DNA of 64,000 bases from Paraphysomonas bandaiensis (GCA_965644295.1 CBFFRP010000425.1:1-64000); one strand, 5' to 3'. Counted from the first letter of the stretch, positions 47,239 through 63,992 are shown. The notes: generated from the letters alone by a model not told the origin. Program-made: numbers and translations.

Positions 47239-50090
47239 TCATCTGCTATCCTGTTGATAATGTCCCTGCAAGCCACCTCCAGCAGCGGAACGTATTCTTT
47301 TATTGATTTGGCGATTTTTTATTGCCCCGTGGTCTCTCTCAGCCGCCTGCAAACACATCAAAAAGCGAAACGCACTATGCACAGAAACTAACCGCAGAAG
47401 CTACAGGTGGGAGGGACTCCATAGAGTTACGGAGAATGTTCACCTCAGTATTGGTGCGCAGTGTAGGAGTACTCTTCGAGGACTGGGGACGACCATAGGC
47501 GGGGCCGGATGTTGCAGGACGGGAAATACTCGGTTTGTTCGGTGAGCCTGATCTCTCCTCAGATTTATCGTAGCCTACCTGGTTGAAAGATCTACTAGGA
47601 CTGTCAGGTCCGTCTGCAACCCCGAATGGGTTAACGGGTTTGTCGCATACCAAGCATTTGTGCATTGCAGCCGCCTTTCCACTTGATGGATCGCCAATGG
47701 ATCCAGAGAGAATTGACAAAAGACGTTCTACCTCCATGTGGTCAGCTTTCTTCTTCAGCTTTTCGTTGAAAGAGTCTCGATCCACGGCAGACTTGCGAAC
47801 AGCCTTTACTTCATCTAGTAACGCTTGTAGTGCAACTTCGATCTCAGACCTAGGGACATAAGAAGCCACACCTTTCTGTAAGTCTTGGAACTGAGTATAC
47901 AGTAATTCAAATCGATTATTCAACTCATCGTTGTCAAGTCCTGAGTTGCTGCTCATTGATTGAATCATTTTAGATGCGTTTGATGCATTCTTGACAAGCA
48001 TTTCACGCATAGAGTCAATCTCATCAGCAACATGTTCTCTGAACTTCTGGAGTTCTTGGCAAGAAACTTTCTTCAGGTTCAAACTATCGAGCGCCTTTTG
48101 ATCCGCTTTTAAGGTAAGAGCGATGCGAAGTTCATCCTCCAGATTGTGCACACTTGACGAACTAACCTTGTCGCTAAGAGCATACTCCATCGCCGTCAGT
48201 CGGCTTTGTAAGGCAACCTTATCAATTCCTTCGTCTAAAAATGCTGTGGTTTTCTTTCGTGCTGTTGCAAGGAACTCAGGTAGCTTTGTAACCGTGTAGG
48301 ACACCGCCATAGGGGTACCTAATGGTCTCCGCTCTACAGTATCCCGGACCTCTTCCTCCATTTGACCAATCTCAATGCTATCTTCCCGCAGCTCATCCAG
48401 TAATGGCGATAGCTTTAGCAGTACCTCCTCCTTGTTCTCCTGCATCGAGTTTTCCATGAGCTCATTTGCACTCTTCACCTTATGTCGGAATGAAGTAAGT
48501 CTTCGATGAATATCATCAGGTTCCGCCTGCATTTGCTTCGTGACGTAATCCATCTTCGCAACCTTTTTGTCAAGTTCCTCAAACACTTTCTCCCATATGT
48601 CTCTCGTTTCAAATATGATGGCTCGGAATGCCCGATCCGTCTGCTCTGCGTGATTGTACTCCACAGCTATTGGGCGGTTCTTTACCTCATCCAACGTCAG
48701 CTCAAGCTCCTTTATCGTATCTTGCAGGGCCTTCACCTGATTAGACAGTCGCCTTTCATTCTCCGACTGTGCCTCAACTTTAGAAAGAACAGCTTCCTTA
48801 AGAGTATTCTCTAGGTACTCGATACGTTCCAACACAAACTCGTCTATCATAACCCTCGAGTCCATGCTCCCCTCCATAGACCCTTCTTCCAAATTATGCA
48901 CATCTCCCTGAGGTATTGGAACAGGAGACGTTTGTGTCCCTTCTGTATTGGTATCTGTGTCAGGTGAAATAGACAATTGGTGTGTAGGTGATTTGCGTTC
49001 TTTGATTTGTTTCTTCAGGGATGCTACACGAGGGCTCTCATGAGCCTTGCCTGATTTGGGGCGGCCAACCTCAAAATTATCCATTGCAAAATCCCCTAGT
49101 GGGGCGCTGAGGATATCAGCTATAGCATCACCATTCTCTCCGACTGGAGACAGAGGCTCAGCAGAGGCAGTGCCAGACCTACGTGCAGAGGCACTACCGC
49201 TGCCGATTCCAACAGTTGCAAGAGCATTTATTTTCTGGTCCATTACTCGAAGGGCTTTCTCTATTCTACTCTGTACACCAGTAAGCATCTCTGCATTTTT
49301 CTCGACTTTAGTTATCCGGCGATGCTGATTTTCTTGGGTTCGCTCAAGCTGCACAAGCTTAGTAGTAAGCTCATCAAACCTGAAGAAGAAATATCAGTCA
49401 CAGTTATCTGCTCAAACGCCAAATATCTCACTTATCCTGCGTCTGTCTATCTGCTGTGAGGGCTTTCTTCAATGCCTGGTTCGTCATCTCTTGGGCCATC
49501 ATTTTCCCCTCAAGGCTCTTAAGGCGCGCATTCATGACTTGCAGAACATCGGCCGGTGCCATGTCTTTGGTGATAGGAGGAAATTCCGTTGCAGGACTTG
49601 AGATCTTTGTCATCAGCGTCTCAAGCGACTCCTGAAATGTCAACTGTAGATATATAAATTAACTTCATGAAGGAGTTATATTCGTAAATAAATTTACTTC
49701 AAGGGCACCCTGGAGATTCTGCAGTTCTTTCCTAGTCGTCGACCGCAGATCGACGAGATCTCTCTGCAGGTCACTGCACTGTGTTGAGGTCAGATCCATA
49801 ACATTCTTCCCCATTTGAGCATGTGCAAAAAGAGCATCATCAAGTGCTTCTTTCTGTTCATCTCTCGCTCGTTCAAGTTTTTCAATCGCCGCATTGTGTT
49901 TCTCAACAGCACTCGCTAAGCTGATAACACGCGACCCGCCACCCGCCACCTCCTTATACTTAGACTCACTATTGCATCATATCAATGAGATCAACACATA
50001 CAGAGGGAGTGTATCTTACATCTGTCCGAGAACATGCGTTAAAGTGGAACTAAACTCAGAGAGTTTATTTATTTCTTGTGGGTCGATCAT
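47239..50090 (-). CDS. Long coiled-coil protein with a C-terminal CxxCD motif (QRICH2/C16orf96-like), 5 exons
   Basis: MIDPQEINKL start joined by GT-AG introns to track ORFs 49665-49949, 49428-49643 and 47375-49354 and a last exon ending TGA at 47239; KAD repeats and KCLVCDKP. Confidence 0.75.
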
Positions 50091-50254
50091 ACTGTGAAGA
50101 GATGTGAGTGGAGCCGATGATATGATATGCGCGGTGGCCGATACAGGCCCGCGCTATATGGATGTGTATTAGCTATTGACGATTATAGAGGTGATCCAGA
50201 GGGGCTTATCTGAGACTCGTGCAGATGATGTCACGCATAGCTTAATATGCATAT

Positions 50255-50720
50255 ATATGTATGCATGTACGTCTATGTATGTATGTGTGAGTGGATGTGT
50301 ACATGTGTATGTTGTATGTATGTATGTATGTATGTATGTATATGTATGTATACGTCTGTATGTAGATGGCCGTTACATTGTGTGTAGTACTGCTCTATAT
50401 TCTTTGACATGACCAGCAGCAGATGGAGGAATACGTGTCTGTATTTTCCACTGTAACATACTTAACGGACATTTGTACTACAGCAGTTCAGTCCAGCAGT
50501 ACATACTCCAGACATGTCTACTTGCTGTAGTATACAAATACAGCAAGTAGACACCGCTAAAGATACACCGAACATACCATACGCATACATACTACGTACA
50601 TAGCTCCACTACCTCATACACATCCACATGCATACACACACATGCCTATACATACATAGACACAGCGGTGCATCCTCTCATCATATCTACCTGCCAACCT
50701 ACCAACCAATACATACATAA
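50255..50720. repeat. Degenerate TATG (50255-50365) and CATA (50570-50720) tracts in a divergent intergenic region
   Basis: Directly visible between start codons at 50090 (-) and 50731 (+). Confidence 0.7.
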
Positions 50721-50730
50721 ATCACACAAG

Positions 50731-54401
<3,671 letters not shown>

Positions 54402-55317
54402 GTGCAGAATTGGGCGGTTAAAGTATTGCACGTTGTTGTTGTAGACGTGCTCTAGAAGTGAATTGATACCAGGTTACAATCTGGTTATTATCTGCAGAAG
54501 TTATAACTGACTAAAAATATCTTATTTCCCAACAAGTATGTTGTTGCTATGTGTGTATTAACATTTCGTTATGATTGGCAGTAGATATGTGTGTCTGCCC
54601 TGCACAACATCTAGTTGTTTCGTCAGTAGCATATCATATCATAACACAGAGTGGTGACTATTCGAGCATAGCATGACTTTGTCTATTTCAAAACACGCTG
54701 TATATCTCGATCATCTGAGCTTGGGCTACACTTTCTGCTTCTTTATCTCCTAGAATAGTCACGTGGCCTTTGTATCGAAGTAATTATGGAAATAAGATTT
54801 AGATGGTATTATATATTATACTTCGAATAATTGCAAGACACGGTTGAATAGGACATCAGAACATTAGCGTATCTTGTATAGTCTGGTAATTATACAGTCA
54901 ATTGATATTTCTTTGTATTATCTAGTTTTATTCATGCGTTGTGAGATATACATGAATCAATGAATCATGATATCTTAATATATGGATCAGGGATCAAAAT
55001 GTCTCAAAATATACTAATTGTCTAATTGTACATATGGAAGTTTTAAAATTCCAACAGCGTTGAAAAAGGAGCTTCTAAAGAACGAATAATACTGCTGGTA
55101 GACTTTTGTGTGTTTGAATTGAGCCAGTAGAAAGGTGCATCTAATAAGTTGAAAAAGTGTATCAAGCTGAACCATATGTAGAACTATCGCTTTTTAAAGT
55201 ATGTGAAGGAAAAGTTTCCTGTTTCTCTGCGTGTGTTTTGCATGAGCTTCTTAAGCGGGTGTTATGACCTGTATCTTTCTGCAATAAGTATTCAGTGTCA
55301 GAGTTAGTGATCAGCAC

Positions 55318-55650
55318 ATTGTACAACATTTTGATTGGTCGACCCGCCAAAGAAATGCATACATTTTGTTACTGCACGACAGGACGAGGGAAAAATTATT
55401 GTTAAACTGTGTCCCATCAATAAAATTGCAATACTTATATAACCGACCCAACAGTACTATTAATATATTGTATTGCTATATATATTAGTATCGGTAATCA
55501 GATAAAAAGACATGCGTATATACTCATCTTCAGTTATCATTACCACATTCATACAAAATCAATAAAAATATGCATGTGTCGATCAGCTTGTAGAACAGCA
55601 TCACATTATAAGTGTAGTAGGATGTATACTCTTGCGTAGCACTGAGCTAA
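55318..55650 (+). mobile_element. Degraded hAT-like family B remnant
   Basis: attggtcgacc(c/g)gccaaa, gtcccatcaataaaaat and taagtgtagtaggatg are shared with 16639-17850. Confidence 0.55.
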
Positions 55651-55837
55651 CACGCATTAACATGCATTGGAAGTATGAAGTATATACTACATGTATCTTG
55701 GATATATCAAATTTGTTTAAGCAGAGTAGTTACCGGAAGCAGTGAAGTCGGCTTCCACAAGCGCGGGTGCTACGTTAGATAATGACTGTTTTATCTCCAT
55801 GCCCACAGCGCGAGTGAGGATATGAATAATAATTTCA

Positions 55838-55923
55838 CCCTCAACAAAGTCGGACTCGCACCTTTTCGTGGTGTTCTGGGGGATAAGTACCGGAGTTATT
55901 TCTCTGGGAAACTAACGTGAGCC
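55838..55923 (+). ncRNA. Candidate HDV-like ribozyme fold at the retroposon 5' end (also 45915-46000, 59490-59579)
   Basis: P2 ggactcgc/gtgagcc, P3 acc/ggt, 7-nt L3 ttttcgt, P4 ccgga/tctgg, J4/2 ctaa. P1 ccctcaac/gttctggg is imperfect. Confidence 0.5.
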
Positions 55924-56345
55924 GCAAACATAGTCAGCGGATATTCTTCTGCCCACTCATAGCCGAATGCTTGTGTGGTACAAGGGACACCAATAAGTGT
56001 CACTTGTGTAGACGTCTTTGGGCCCTGACGAATAAACAGGCATCCGGGAATGGGTCCACCTCAAGGGCATCCGGGACAGGGCCCACCTGAAGGGTAACCG
56101 GGGTATTAGGCTGCCTGCTGAAGTCATGCATCCGGGATGTTCACCTTAAGAACTCAGAGCGGAAGTGGTCGCACCTTGGTGCTTGCGGCGACGCACAAGC
56201 AGCTTCCGTAGCGTTAAATAGTAGGATAAAAAAAGTGTGTACTGATTAGTTACAGGTAGAGGTCTAACTAGTTTGTCTAGCATTCATCTAGCTACTAAGT
56301 TAGTGCAGGTTTTTAACGCCTATTGCTAATAATAAGACTTTCAAT
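55838..56345 (+). mobile_element. Full-length 508-bp non-autonomous retroposon (SINE/SIDER-like)
   Basis: Perfect 18-bp TSD atatgaataataatttca at 55820-55837 and 56346-56363; colinear with 45915-46404 and 59490-59955. Confidence 0.93.
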
Positions 56346-57293
56346 ATATGAATAATAATTTCAAACCATTAACTGTTGATATTCCTAAAAGGATCAGATT
56401 CAACCCATACTTAATGTTGTTGCATCAAACATCAAACTAATTTAACACATTGCACTGGGAATATAGTAATATGTTTCGATGTTAATCGTTGTGTTCCAGC
56501 GGGTTGCAACGCTAGATACGCCACTAAGATCATTACCCTAATTAGTAAGTTCTGCTGCCACATAAGCTACACACTGACAGTACACCACATGTAGATTGAC
56601 ACAAGACAATGTCAAACATTTCATCGTTTCAACACTCAAACGGCCGTTAGTCACACCACACCCATGAACTTATAAGCTGCATATCGATATATAGTTTTGA
56701 ATGTACTGTAGCAGTGTCTGTATGTTCAGATGTCTGGTTGACAGTTGAACAGCTTAACACCACTGCAGTGAGATGGACTACTCCTTCTTCCTCTCGATCT
56801 TATTCATCATCTCATACCATACCATGGCACACACTGCACACACTGCTCGATGTCATCATATCAATATGCATATAGAGCCATAGATATAGATATCTAGTCT
56901 ATGCATATATCCTCCTCTGTAGATATCAGTGTACTGCAGGATCCTAGAATAGAAATCCCCATTTTTTCACTTTATAAACCTTGAAAAATTGAAAATTGCA
57001 ATTTTTAGTATGCTGTGCAACCATAATATCCAGGTACTGTATTCTATTGTATTTACTGTATACATGCGAACCGTTTCGTCGATAGTCCTGCTGTGTGTGT
57101 GTGTATCTACAGGCGTGTGTGTGTATGTATGTATGTATGTGTGTACGTGTATGACGATACGGATAGTGGTCGTCACTGTGTGCACGGCCATTGCATGCAA
57201 CCATCTCATTGCAGTTGTTCTTCTTCTGATACTTCCATAACAGACAACTTCTATATCCTTTCATTGCATAAAGTGTGTACACTTTACGATAAG

Positions 57294-57968
57294 ATGTCTG
57301 AGAACGAAGCACCCGCTACTCCTGGACCATGGAAACTAGCCTGTTTCGGTGAATTGGATGAGCTTAAAAAACTCAAAGAAGAGGGAATAGCTTTGGATGA
57401 TCAAGATGAAAGGGGATTTACCCCGCTGGGATGGGCGTGTCGAAATGGTCATTATGAAGTGGCAGAATATCTCATTCAGGAGGGTTGCTCAGTAGAAACA
57501 CCCTCGTTTGCAGGGATGAAACCACTGCACCATGCTTGCAACAAAATACATGAGAAGATAATCCGACTTTTACTTAAATCTGGCACAAATGTCAATGGAG
57601 CCGATGAAAATGGAGATATGCCTCTTCATTGGGCCTGCTCTCGTGGTGTTCTTAATGTCGTCGTTGCATTGATTGACAATGACGCTGATGTAAGGGCTGT
57701 CAATGCTCAAGGAGTTTCTCCTATTCACAAGGCGACAATTTTCGGTCAACTGGCCGTTGTCAAGAAGCTTGTGGAATTTGGTGCTAATATTGATGCACAA
57801 GATGGCAATGGCGATACTCCTCTGCACTTTGCTTCGAGAACTGGATTTACCCCTATTGTCAAATATCTGGTTGGTGCTGGTGCATCGAAAACCATAACTA
57901 ATAAGACAGGTGCCACCCCTAAAGATGGTGCTATGTCTAAAACTATCGTTGAATTTCTTTCCGCGTAA
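57294..57968 (+). CDS. Ankyrin-repeat protein (~6 repeats)
   Basis: GFTPLGWACRNGH, GMKPLHHAC, GDMPLHWAC, GVSPIHKA, GDTPLHFA; ATG at 57294 (MSENEAP). Confidence 0.92.
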   Translation: MSENEAPATPGPWKLACFGELDELKKLKEEGIALDDQDERGFTPLGWACRNGHYEVAEYLIQEGCSVETPSFAGMKPLHHACNKIHEKIIRLLLKSGTNVNGADENGDMPLHWACSRGVLNVVVALIDNDADVRAVNAQGVSPIHKATIFGQLAVVKKLVEFGANIDAQDGNGDTPLHFASRTGFTPIVKYLVGAGASKTITNKTGATPKDGAMSKTIVEFLSA

Positions 57969-58456
57969 TGTATATTGCGCTTACGTTGTCGTGAAAGTGT
58001 CGAATTTGTTTGTTGCTTTTGATCACTGTAATGGGTTCAACTTGTTTACTTTGCAGTAGTGTGTTTGAGTTGTTCGATCAAAAGTACTGTGCATCGAGTT
58101 TATTGATAACGCCAATATAAACAGTAAAGTATATGTTACTTATCTAAATACGTATATGCACTGGTTGACTATAACTACGACTGTTGTGGCTATAGCTACT
58201 GTCTACTGTATGATGTAGTTTTGAGAGGGAACGGATACCTACTCCATTCTAGAAGTTATAGTTGTAAATTTCTTTAAAAAGGGCTGTATTTTCTATGTAG
58301 ATATATGGGGGAACAAAATATATTGCAAGGTAAGTTCTCGTGTTCGTTCCCACCCTTGGGCTCCTTTCCTTGCTTTATAATTTATTCTATTCTATACATT
58401 ATATTTTATATTCTAATAATTAAGTTCTTTTTATTCGTATATTCTCATTTATAGAT

Positions 58457-58760
58457 AGCGGATAATGTTCTGACCACTCACACACAAATGATTGTGTAGA
58501 CGTCTTTGGGCCTTGACGAATAAACAGACATTTGGTAATTGGTAGTGGGCCCACTTAAAACTTAAAGGATATCCTTTGAAGTCGAGCATCCGGGATCAGT
58601 TCACCTTAGGCACTCAAAAATCCTGAAGTCAGCAGATGCCAGGTATATCAACATTCTGCTTGCTTACTGCTATTGCTTTGAGTGATTGATAGAAAAGTCG
58701 GTTGCATCTTGGAGCTTTCGGCGACATACAAATAGTTCTCGGTGCGTTGAACAATAAATA
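58457..58760 (+). mobile_element. Retroposon family copy, older subfamily, degraded
   Basis: tgtgtagacgtctttgggccttgacgaataaacag, gcatccgggat, cactcaaaaatcctgaagtcagcagatgccagg. Confidence 0.85.
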
Positions 58761-59074
58761 TTAGTATTCAAAGTTAAAAATTAAAATTCACGTTTAGTAG
58801 TAAAATAAAAAAGAATAGTTTCAGAAATGTGTGTCTATCTACGCCTATATTGAAGGCTTTTCAAGTAACAAACTATATATTAATTTATTTTAATTTTTTT
58901 AATCCTGTCCAAGCCGTAGAGCCACAGATCCAAATCTATTTATATTTAAATTTTTACTATATATTATATATAGCAATTCATTATGAAGTAGTATATAAAT
59001 ATATTAAGTCAATAATTAATTATTAACATATATATATAATATAAATTATCAGGGGGAGGAAGCCTTTGGGGATC

Positions 59075-59989
59075 GGGGGATAAGTATCGGACATATTTCT
59101 CAAGGAAACTAACGTGAGCCACATATATAGTTAGCAGACAATCTTCTGCCCACTCATAGTCAAATCATTGTGTAGTACAAGGGACACCAATAAGTGTCAC
59201 TAGACGTCGCTGAACCCTGACGAATAAAAAGGCATCTAGGAATGAGCCCCCCTCAAGGGCACCTGGGACAGGACCCACCTGACGGGTAACCGGGGTATTG
59301 GGCTGCCTGCCGAAGTCAAGCACCCGGGCTATTCATCTTAAACACTCTTCAGCAGATGCTAGGTATTAGGTATATCAACATTATGCTTGCTCACTGCAAT
59401 TGCTTGGAGTAATTGCAACTTGTAGTGATGCGCTCTAACAGCTTTTGCAGCTTCAAATAGTAGGATATCACAGTTTTTACCAAATTAGTCCCTCAACAAA
59501 AAGTCGGACTCGCACCTTTTCGTGGTGTCCTGGGGATAGTACCGGAAAGATTCTCTCTCTGGGAAACTAGCGTGAGCCGCCAACAATATTCTTCTGCCCA
59601 CTCATACCCAAATGCCACCAATAAGTGTCACTTGTGTAGACGTCTTTGGGCCCTGACGAATAAACAGGCATCCGGGACAGGGCCCACCTCAAGGGTAACC
59701 GGGTTATTGGGCTGCCTGCTGAAGTCATGCATCCGAGATGTTCGCCTTAAGAACTCAGAGCGGAAGTGTCACCATCGCACCTTGGTGCTTGCGGCGACGC
59801 ACAAGCAGTTCGCGTAGCGTTACTTAGTAGGATAAAAAAAGTGTGTACAGATTAGTTACAGGTAGAGGTCTAACTAGTTTGTCTAGCATCAATCTAGCTA
59901 CTAATTTGGTGCAGGTTTTTAACGCCTATTGCTAAATAATCAGACATTCTTAGTATACCAAACTAGTTCTGACTCTCAAACGCCTATTG
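59075..59989 (+). mobile_element. Older retroposon copy (59075-59489 + 59968-59989) split by a younger copy
   Basis: ggaaactaacgtgagcc...gtaggatatcacag; resumes as tctgactctcaaacgcctattg after the inserted copy. Confidence 0.8.
59490..59955 (+). mobile_element. Near-full-length young retroposon copy
   Basis: 12-bp TSD taccaaa(t/c)tagt at 59478-59489 and 59956-59967; starts ccctcaac. Confidence 0.9.
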
Positions 59990-59993
59990 TTGG

Positions 59994-60125
59994 CAGGGCC
60001 TGATAACCATTAATGGCCCATTAATGGTAGTCCAGTTCCCGGCAATTATAATGGCATTAATGAAAAATGTCCCGGCAATTATAATGGCCATTAATACCTA
60101 CTAACTTAAAGTAGATAACACCATA
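59994..60125 (+). mobile_element. Terminal fragment of hAT-like family C (TIR cagggcctgataacc)
   Basis: Matches the reverse complement of 22280-22388; the same TIR occurs inverted at 17202-17216; subterminal ccattaatgg and cccggcaattataatgg repeats. Confidence 0.7.
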
Positions 60126-60498
60126 TATATAATAATAAAACTTTCACTACTATCTCAATATCAGGGGAGAGTAAAACTATGTTTCTATGTTATGCATTAA
60201 TTGTGTTTTTTTAAAAGAACTTCATACAGACTCTAACCAATATGCAATTTATATTGAAAACTTTATACCATCGATTGATGTAACCCGTATACATAATTAA
60301 TCTTATATCTAAAATATAACTTACAATGAAATATGTTCAATACTATATGCTAAGGCAATCACTATATATGAACACAAAGATACACTCGAAATAAATACAT
60401 GCGCGATACAACCTCGTACAACTGCCCCAAAAGGTTACCCCCACTACTGGCTTTGATTTCCTACCATATTCTCAAATAGCTGGTGGAGTTGACTCTCT

Positions 60499-63400
60499 CT
60501 ACCTATTTGAGTCTTCCAAAAGGGGCCCGTTCGGTTTTATGAAATATTCATCGGTATATTCAACAGGTGTATCACCAAGGCTCGAACAAGTGGAGAGAGC
60601 TCGCCGTTGAATCATAGAAAGTGCTCTACTGGGCGCCTTTGATAGAGGTGGTGTGGCAGCGATCGACATTTTCTGGGTCACAGTACTGCGGCTTGCTCTG
60701 GGATTGCTGGTAGTTGATTCTGATTTGCTGAAACTTTTAGTAAATTTCACACTTGGTCTTCGCGAAACCGTCATCCTAGCCATAGTTTGTACTCTAGAAA
60801 CAGTTTTTATAAACGCCTCACGGGCTTTAGGTGACGAATGTTTATCTGCGATATTTGACGACATCTGAGTGGGTAGAATCTCTGGAAGAGCAGTGCTGTT
60901 TTCTTTGCTGAGCTCACTGGCACCTTCGTCAGCCGCCTCAGCTTCTATCCTTGCCCTTTCCTCGGCCTCTTTTTTCTCTTTCATCCGCTTCGCAAATCGC
61001 CTCAGCGCAGGACGCACAGGCATGTCGAAGTTGGGATAACGAACGTTTAACACAGCCTTCGGGCGTTTTGGTTTGCGAGTAGAAAGATTGCCCAGTGAAC
61101 TATAGAATTTCCAGTAATCCTCCGCAGATACAGATCGTCTTCCACCCCCCTCATCCGACATGATATTCAAAACCGGCATATCTTGATTCTCAGTTAAAAA
61201 TGTAGTTGTGTCAGCGTCAGATGAATCTTGTTTGAAGAGTTTGCCTATATCATAGTCAGAAGACACATAAAAGATTAGCTACGCGAACACGTACTTGCAG
61301 TTGTAATCCTCGAAGGTTTTGGATCTTCATCAATCCATCCCATATCCCATGGATCTTCTTCATCCTTTACCGCTTGTAACAATCCTTTTCCCTCCCACAC
61401 TTCCATGGCCACATTTAGTATGTGTGACTTCTGTGTCACCAAGAGTTCCCCGACTGGGTAGTTGAAAAGAATATCAAGTGGTGGACTGTCAAATAAAATA
61501 GACTTGATATATCGTTTCTCAAAATCCCAAAATTTGACCATACAATCTTTTGATGACGTGGCGTACGCACGAAGCTCATCACAGAAAGTAATTGCAATAA
61601 TCTCTGCTTCGTGTCCACCCTCCTGTCGTAAGACTTCAATGAAGCTTCCTTGAGGAATTTCTTTAGATACACTTGGTTTACTATATGAGGTTGCGGTATC
61701 AATACTCTCTTTATCAACTGCGGTAGCGCGTTCACTGCTGGTGTCCAATAGATTAAATAGACGACTAAACCCATCTGTACTTCCCACGCAAATAAAACTC
61801 ATCGTAGGAGATATTTCCCATGATGAAAAGGTGTTATCGAAAACAATCTCGTGTGTAAACGTCATCTCTGGTACTCTCCATACTTTGATCGCTCGTGAAG
61901 AGCACCCGGAGATCCATCCCATTCCTACCAGTTCATTCCTTGACCGCCGATACTTCAGGCAATCTACTCTTCCCGAAAATATCTGCTGTATTGAAACGGT
62001 GGCACACTCCTGGAAAGTGTCCAAACACACCAGAGTTCCACTTGAAGTACCAACAAGAAGTGCTTCATCCACATTCAAGGGCGAAGGATTGCCACGCATA
62101 TCTTTACTTGTCAACGCAGAACGTAAGGCAGAAAGTGACATCCCATCAGTCAGTGCCAAACATAGCGGTAAATCACTCCCTATAGACCCCACGTATATCT
62201 CACGAAGCAGCACGCACATTGGACTTTTCGTACAGAAAATACGTATGCCGCCACTCTCAAGAACACAGAAGAGAAGCTGCTGAAATACACTCATAGTGTA
62301 TGTACGCACACCATCCACTAGTGCCTCCGGGTCGACACGAGATTTTACCGTTCCATCTAAAGCAAGTATCTGACACAAAACATTTAGAAAATATAGCATG
62401 CATGTATTCTCTTAACCACCTGCATATCATGCCCAGCAAACGCGACAGTACATCGGTTCTCAAGATCTACCATTGGCTCATTCGTGGCTGCCTCGTCTTC
62501 ATCCGCGCTACTTTCAGCAGGGTCATTCACGGGAGTATCTTCCCGTATTAGCGCTGTACCTCTACTACCTGTGCGAGCTGTGGTAGGTATACTGCTGGGC
62601 ACTCCTAACAGAAGCGACCCATCTGTGCCTGCAGTATCTACTCGGGTAGTAGTAGTAGTAGCCGGGCGCGACTCTTTTCCCTTGTCGCCTGACTCACTTC
62701 GGTCTTCTCCAATCTCGTCGAAGAAGTCATCCTCTGAATACCTAATTCGTCTATTGCGCAAGAAACCCACATCTAGCATGCTCTCGAACATATTTAGCGA
62801 TACAATGTCAGACGCGCACACACCAAACTCTGTACAGCACGATTCAATGCGCCACATAGACATATCTCCATTGGGATGGGAAAATAGGCATACTGGACTG
62901 TGTTGATAGCGACTCAGCTTGAACTGAGCCACTCCTTCATCTAAGTGAATCGACTGCAATTGTGTGAACGACTCCAAGTCGAACACCTTTATGTAACCAT
63001 CTAGTGCTGCGGTAATGAGCATCCCAGGAGAAGGATGAACACATAATCCCGTGACCGCTTTCGAATGGGCATTAAAAGAATGCAACATCGAGTGCTTAGC
63101 CTGATTAGAGGACTGCTCGTGGGCGTTGGCACGTGGAGCCCAACACCTAACAACTCCTCTGGAGCATGAAGTGATATAGAATTGATCCGCAGCATACCAA
63201 CATGCGCAGGTAATAGGAGACTCATGGATATCCTCCAATCGGACCTACGAGACATATAAAAATCTAGATAACCACTTTGTGTCATTGCTACCTTGACGGC
63301 CCGCCTTCGAAAGTCTAACACCGATAGGGACTGCTCGGATATTGCGTAGACCCTGTTGTTGGACGGCTCATACAGCATTTTGGTTACCCATTCAGTACAC

Positions 63401-63992
63401 CCCTCAAAGTTGAATAACTTTTCAAGAACAAACGACCCTACGGTTGAGTAATTACGCGACATACGCCACACAGACACCCCTAAGATTTTAATATTATAAC
63501 TTTCCCTAGATTATTCCAGTACACTCACCCCCTGCACCCGATAAAATCAATATATCCCGATCTTTATCATATTCACAATCCAAAATTACTCTTTCCTCAT
63601 GATGAATAGATTCGATCAAATTAAAACTGCTGTCGTATATCCTAAACGCCATATCCAGTGATGGTCCAAAGAACACTACGATAACAATTATATACGAAAC
63701 AGAAATATTCATCTAAGCTACCATTAAGTTTAGTAATATGTACAAAGCAACTAATAAACGATTGCTGACTCTTCGGGAACTTTATTACTTTACTAATAAA
63801 ATCGTTTTCCCAGAGGTATATTCCCTTCACGTCCCAACTCAGAAGCTGCTGCTTCCTTTTAGTGATACCCAGCCCGTCCTCAACCATATTCACTATATCA
63901 AACCCACGAACATGACGCCCGTGACCACTAAATGTTTTCAATACTTGAAAACCATCTTGAATGGTTTGTCCAACTCCACTGTTCAATGGCAT
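60499..63992 (-). CDS. Multi-exon WD40-repeat protein (WDR87/WDR97-like); both ends uncertain
   Basis: GHGRHVRGF, IHESPITCACW..YITSCS.G.VRCW, AHSKAVTGL..ITAALDGYIKVFD, GHEAEIIAI..ATSSKDCMVKFWD; track ORFs are separated by short GT-AG introns. Confidence 0.85.

Noticed and set aside
55838-56345. Retroposon family as a Fanzor/TnpB omega-RNA element or tRNA-derived SINE
   Set aside because: Long variable TSDs and 5'-truncated copies point to target-primed retrotransposition; no TIRs, nuclease ORF or clear Pol III boxes were seen.
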